This document shows positions 27,380 through 28,961 of a stretch of 28,961 nt of DNA, in pieces; position 1 is the stretch's first letter, and every line of letters begins with the position of its first letter. Where the stretch lies: the NCBI GenBank assembly GCA_039798365.1, contig JBDKGD010000041.1, positions 1 to 28,961 of the forward strand, in the 5' to 3' direction. Below the pieces are notes generated by a model. It did not search any database. It was given only the letters and a program-made list of their open reading frames with translations, and had not been told where the DNA came from. The translations under genes were made by a program, and so were the position numbers. Source of the stretch: Candidatus Parcubacteria bacterium (lineage in GTDB: Bacteria; Patescibacteriota; Minisyncoccia; UBA6257; 2-01-FULL-56-20).

Positions 27380-27407
27380 AGACGCATGCCTAAAATTATG
27401 ATACAAT
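27379..27407 (+). promoter_or_regulatory. Promoter of lemA-htpX, probably leaderless
   Basis: TAGACG (27379-27384), 17 nt spacer ending in TGA, TACAAT (27402-27407), then 7 nt to ATG 27415. Confidence 0.65.
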
Positions 27408-27414
27408 CTACCCC

Positions 27415-27963
27415 ATGATGATACTCTATATTTTACTTCCAGTAGTAGTGATTGGATGGGTAGTTTTGGCATACAACAGTCTTGTTGTGTTGCGTAATCG
27501 CGTCAAGGAGGCGTGGAGTGATATTGAGGTACAACTGAAACGTCGCTATGACCTTATTCCGAATTTACTTGAAACCGTAAAGGGGTATGCCGCTCATGAG
27601 AGTCGGGTCTTCGAAAATGTAACCGAGGCGCGCAGTCGGGCAATGTCAGCGCCAATCGGTTCCTCAGATCAGATTGCGGCAGAAAATCAGCTATCAGGGA
27701 CACTCAAGAGTTTGTTTGCTGTCGCCGAAAATTACCCACAACTGAAAGCAAATGAGAATTTTGCCAAGCTCCAGGATGAGCTTACTGACACAGAGAACAA
27801 GATCCAGGCATCTCGGCGATTTTACAATGCCAATGTCCGTGACATGAACATCAAAATCGAAGTCTTTCCATCAAACATCATTGCTCGCGTATTTGGCTTT
27901 ACCCAGGAGGCGTTGTTTGATGCCGAGCCCGAAGCAGACAAACCGGTACAGGTGAAATTTTAA
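27415..27963 (+). CDS. lemA: LemA family protein
   Basis: N-terminal [36 protein letters not shown] and IQASRRFYN. Confidence 0.96.
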   Translation: MMILYILLPVVVIGWVVLAYNSLVVLRNRVKEAWSDIEVQLKRRYDLIPNLLETVKGYAAHESRVFENVTEARSRAMSAPIGSSDQIAAENQLSGTLKSLFAVAENYPQLKANENFAKLQDELTDTENKIQASRRFYNANVRDMNIKIEVFPSNIIARVFGFTQEALFDAEPEADKPVQVKF

Positions 27964-28022
27964 GAAGTGTTACAAGGGTACCAACGGTGCATCACGCCCG
28001 TGTGTGCCAATATTTTTACCCC

Positions 28023-28928
28023 ATGGCAACAATATACACCCATCAATCACAAAACATCCGTCGCACGTTCGCGCTATTTGGCGTATTTCTTGTTTTTATA
28101 ATCGGTGTCGGTTTTATATTTTCTCAGGTGTACGGCGATCCGGGGATTTTATATCTCGCGGTTGGAGTAAGTATTATCGCCAACATCTTTTCATACTACT
28201 CATCCGACACGATTGCCTTGGCGATATCAGGCGCCCGTCCGGTTGAGCGCAAAGACTATCCGCAGCTCTACAATATTGTTGAGAATTTAGCGATAACAGC
28301 AGGATTACCCATGCCGCGTCTATATGTTACTTCCGAGATGCAGATTAACGCGTTCGCGACCGGCAGAAATCCGCAACATGCTGCTGTGGCGGTGACGGAG
28401 GGAGCGCTGCAAAAGTTAAACAAGACAGAGCTTGAGGGCGTGTTGGCGCACGAACTGTCTCATATTGGCAATCGCGATATTTTGGTTTCTACGGTAGCGG
28501 TAGTGTTGGCGGGGACCATTTCAATCGCCGCCGATTTTTTCTTGCGATCTCTTTGGTTTGGAGGCGGACGCCGCCGAGATAGCGAGGAGGGAGGCAATTC
28601 GGGTGTTTTTTTATTAATTGGCATTGCCATTTCTATTCTCGCTCCGTTGGGAGCAATGCTGTTACAGCTGGCAATTTCCCGCCGACGAGAGTCTTTGGCG
28701 GATGCGACCGGCGTATTATTGACTCGGTATCCGGAAGGGTTGGCGTCGGCATTGGAGAAAATAGCATCCGATCATACACCCATGGCGCACGCCTCATCGG
28801 CCACCGCGCATCTTTGGATTGATACCCCGTTTAAAGAAGGGGCGAAAATTGCCTGGTATCAAAAACTGTTTCTCACGCATCCGCCGGTAAGCGAACGCAT
28901 CGCGGCGCTTCGGGGTATGGCAAAGTAA
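28023..28928 (+). CDS. htpX: M48 zinc metalloprotease HtpX; start reassigned to ATG 28023
   Basis: NAFATGRNP, GVLAHELSHI (HExxH), ISRRRESLAD and LTHPPVSERI; adjacent to lemA. Confidence 0.96.
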   Translation: MATIYTHQSQNIRRTFALFGVFLVFIIGVGFIFSQVYGDPGILYLAVGVSIIANIFSYYSSDTIALAISGARPVERKDYPQLYNIVENLAITAGLPMPRLYVTSEMQINAFATGRNPQHAAVAVTEGALQKLNKTELEGVLAHELSHIGNRDILVSTVAVVLAGTISIAADFFLRSLWFGGGRRRDSEEGGNSGVFLLIGIAISILAPLGAMLLQLAISRRRESLADATGVLLTRYPEGLASALEKIASDHTPMAHASSATAHLWIDTPFKEGAKIAWYQKLFLTHPPVSERIAALRGMAK

Positions 28929-28961
28929 CACGACAAAAAATCCAATGAAGTTGTACGAGGT

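Noticed and set aside
1-28961. CRISPR arrays, tRNA/rRNA genes, IS elements, prophage genes and stop-codon recoding (code 25)
   Set aside because: I found no regularly spaced repeats, cloverleafs, transposases or integrases. Genes end cleanly at TGA, which supports code 11.

Overview
A gene-dense chromosomal window with no rRNA, tRNA, CRISPR array or transposase that I can see. Gene content and protein style suggest a Patescibacteria (CPR, Parcubacteria-like) genome; this is inference, not a database result. TGA acts as a stop codon, so the genetic code is standard code 11. Left to right: (1) a surface-glycan locus with two GT2 glycosyltransferases, a complete GDP-D-glycero-alpha-D-manno-heptose pathway (hddA-gmhA-hddC-gmhB), a Wzx-type flippase, a priming polyprenyl-phosphate sugar transferase and an SDR epimerase, interrupted by an orphan P-loop kinase; (2) uvrB-uvrA-uvrC, with a UvrC that lacks the C-terminal HhH domain; (3) a DsbA-family protein and thioredoxin reductase flanked by orphans; (4) groES-groEL under a sigma70 promoter with an extended CIRCE operator; (5) a divergent thymidylate cluster, tmk / dcd - tandem-domain thyX, with no dUTPase in the window; (6) two orphans (733 and 120 aa) and lemA-htpX. 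The most notable observations are a slippery poly-A overlap where one base would fuse hddC to gmhB, a split between apparently leaderless core genes and SD-led accessory genes, and the dcd/thyX/tmk module with a divergent ThyX motif. I cannot demonstrate a wholly new system from sequence alone.
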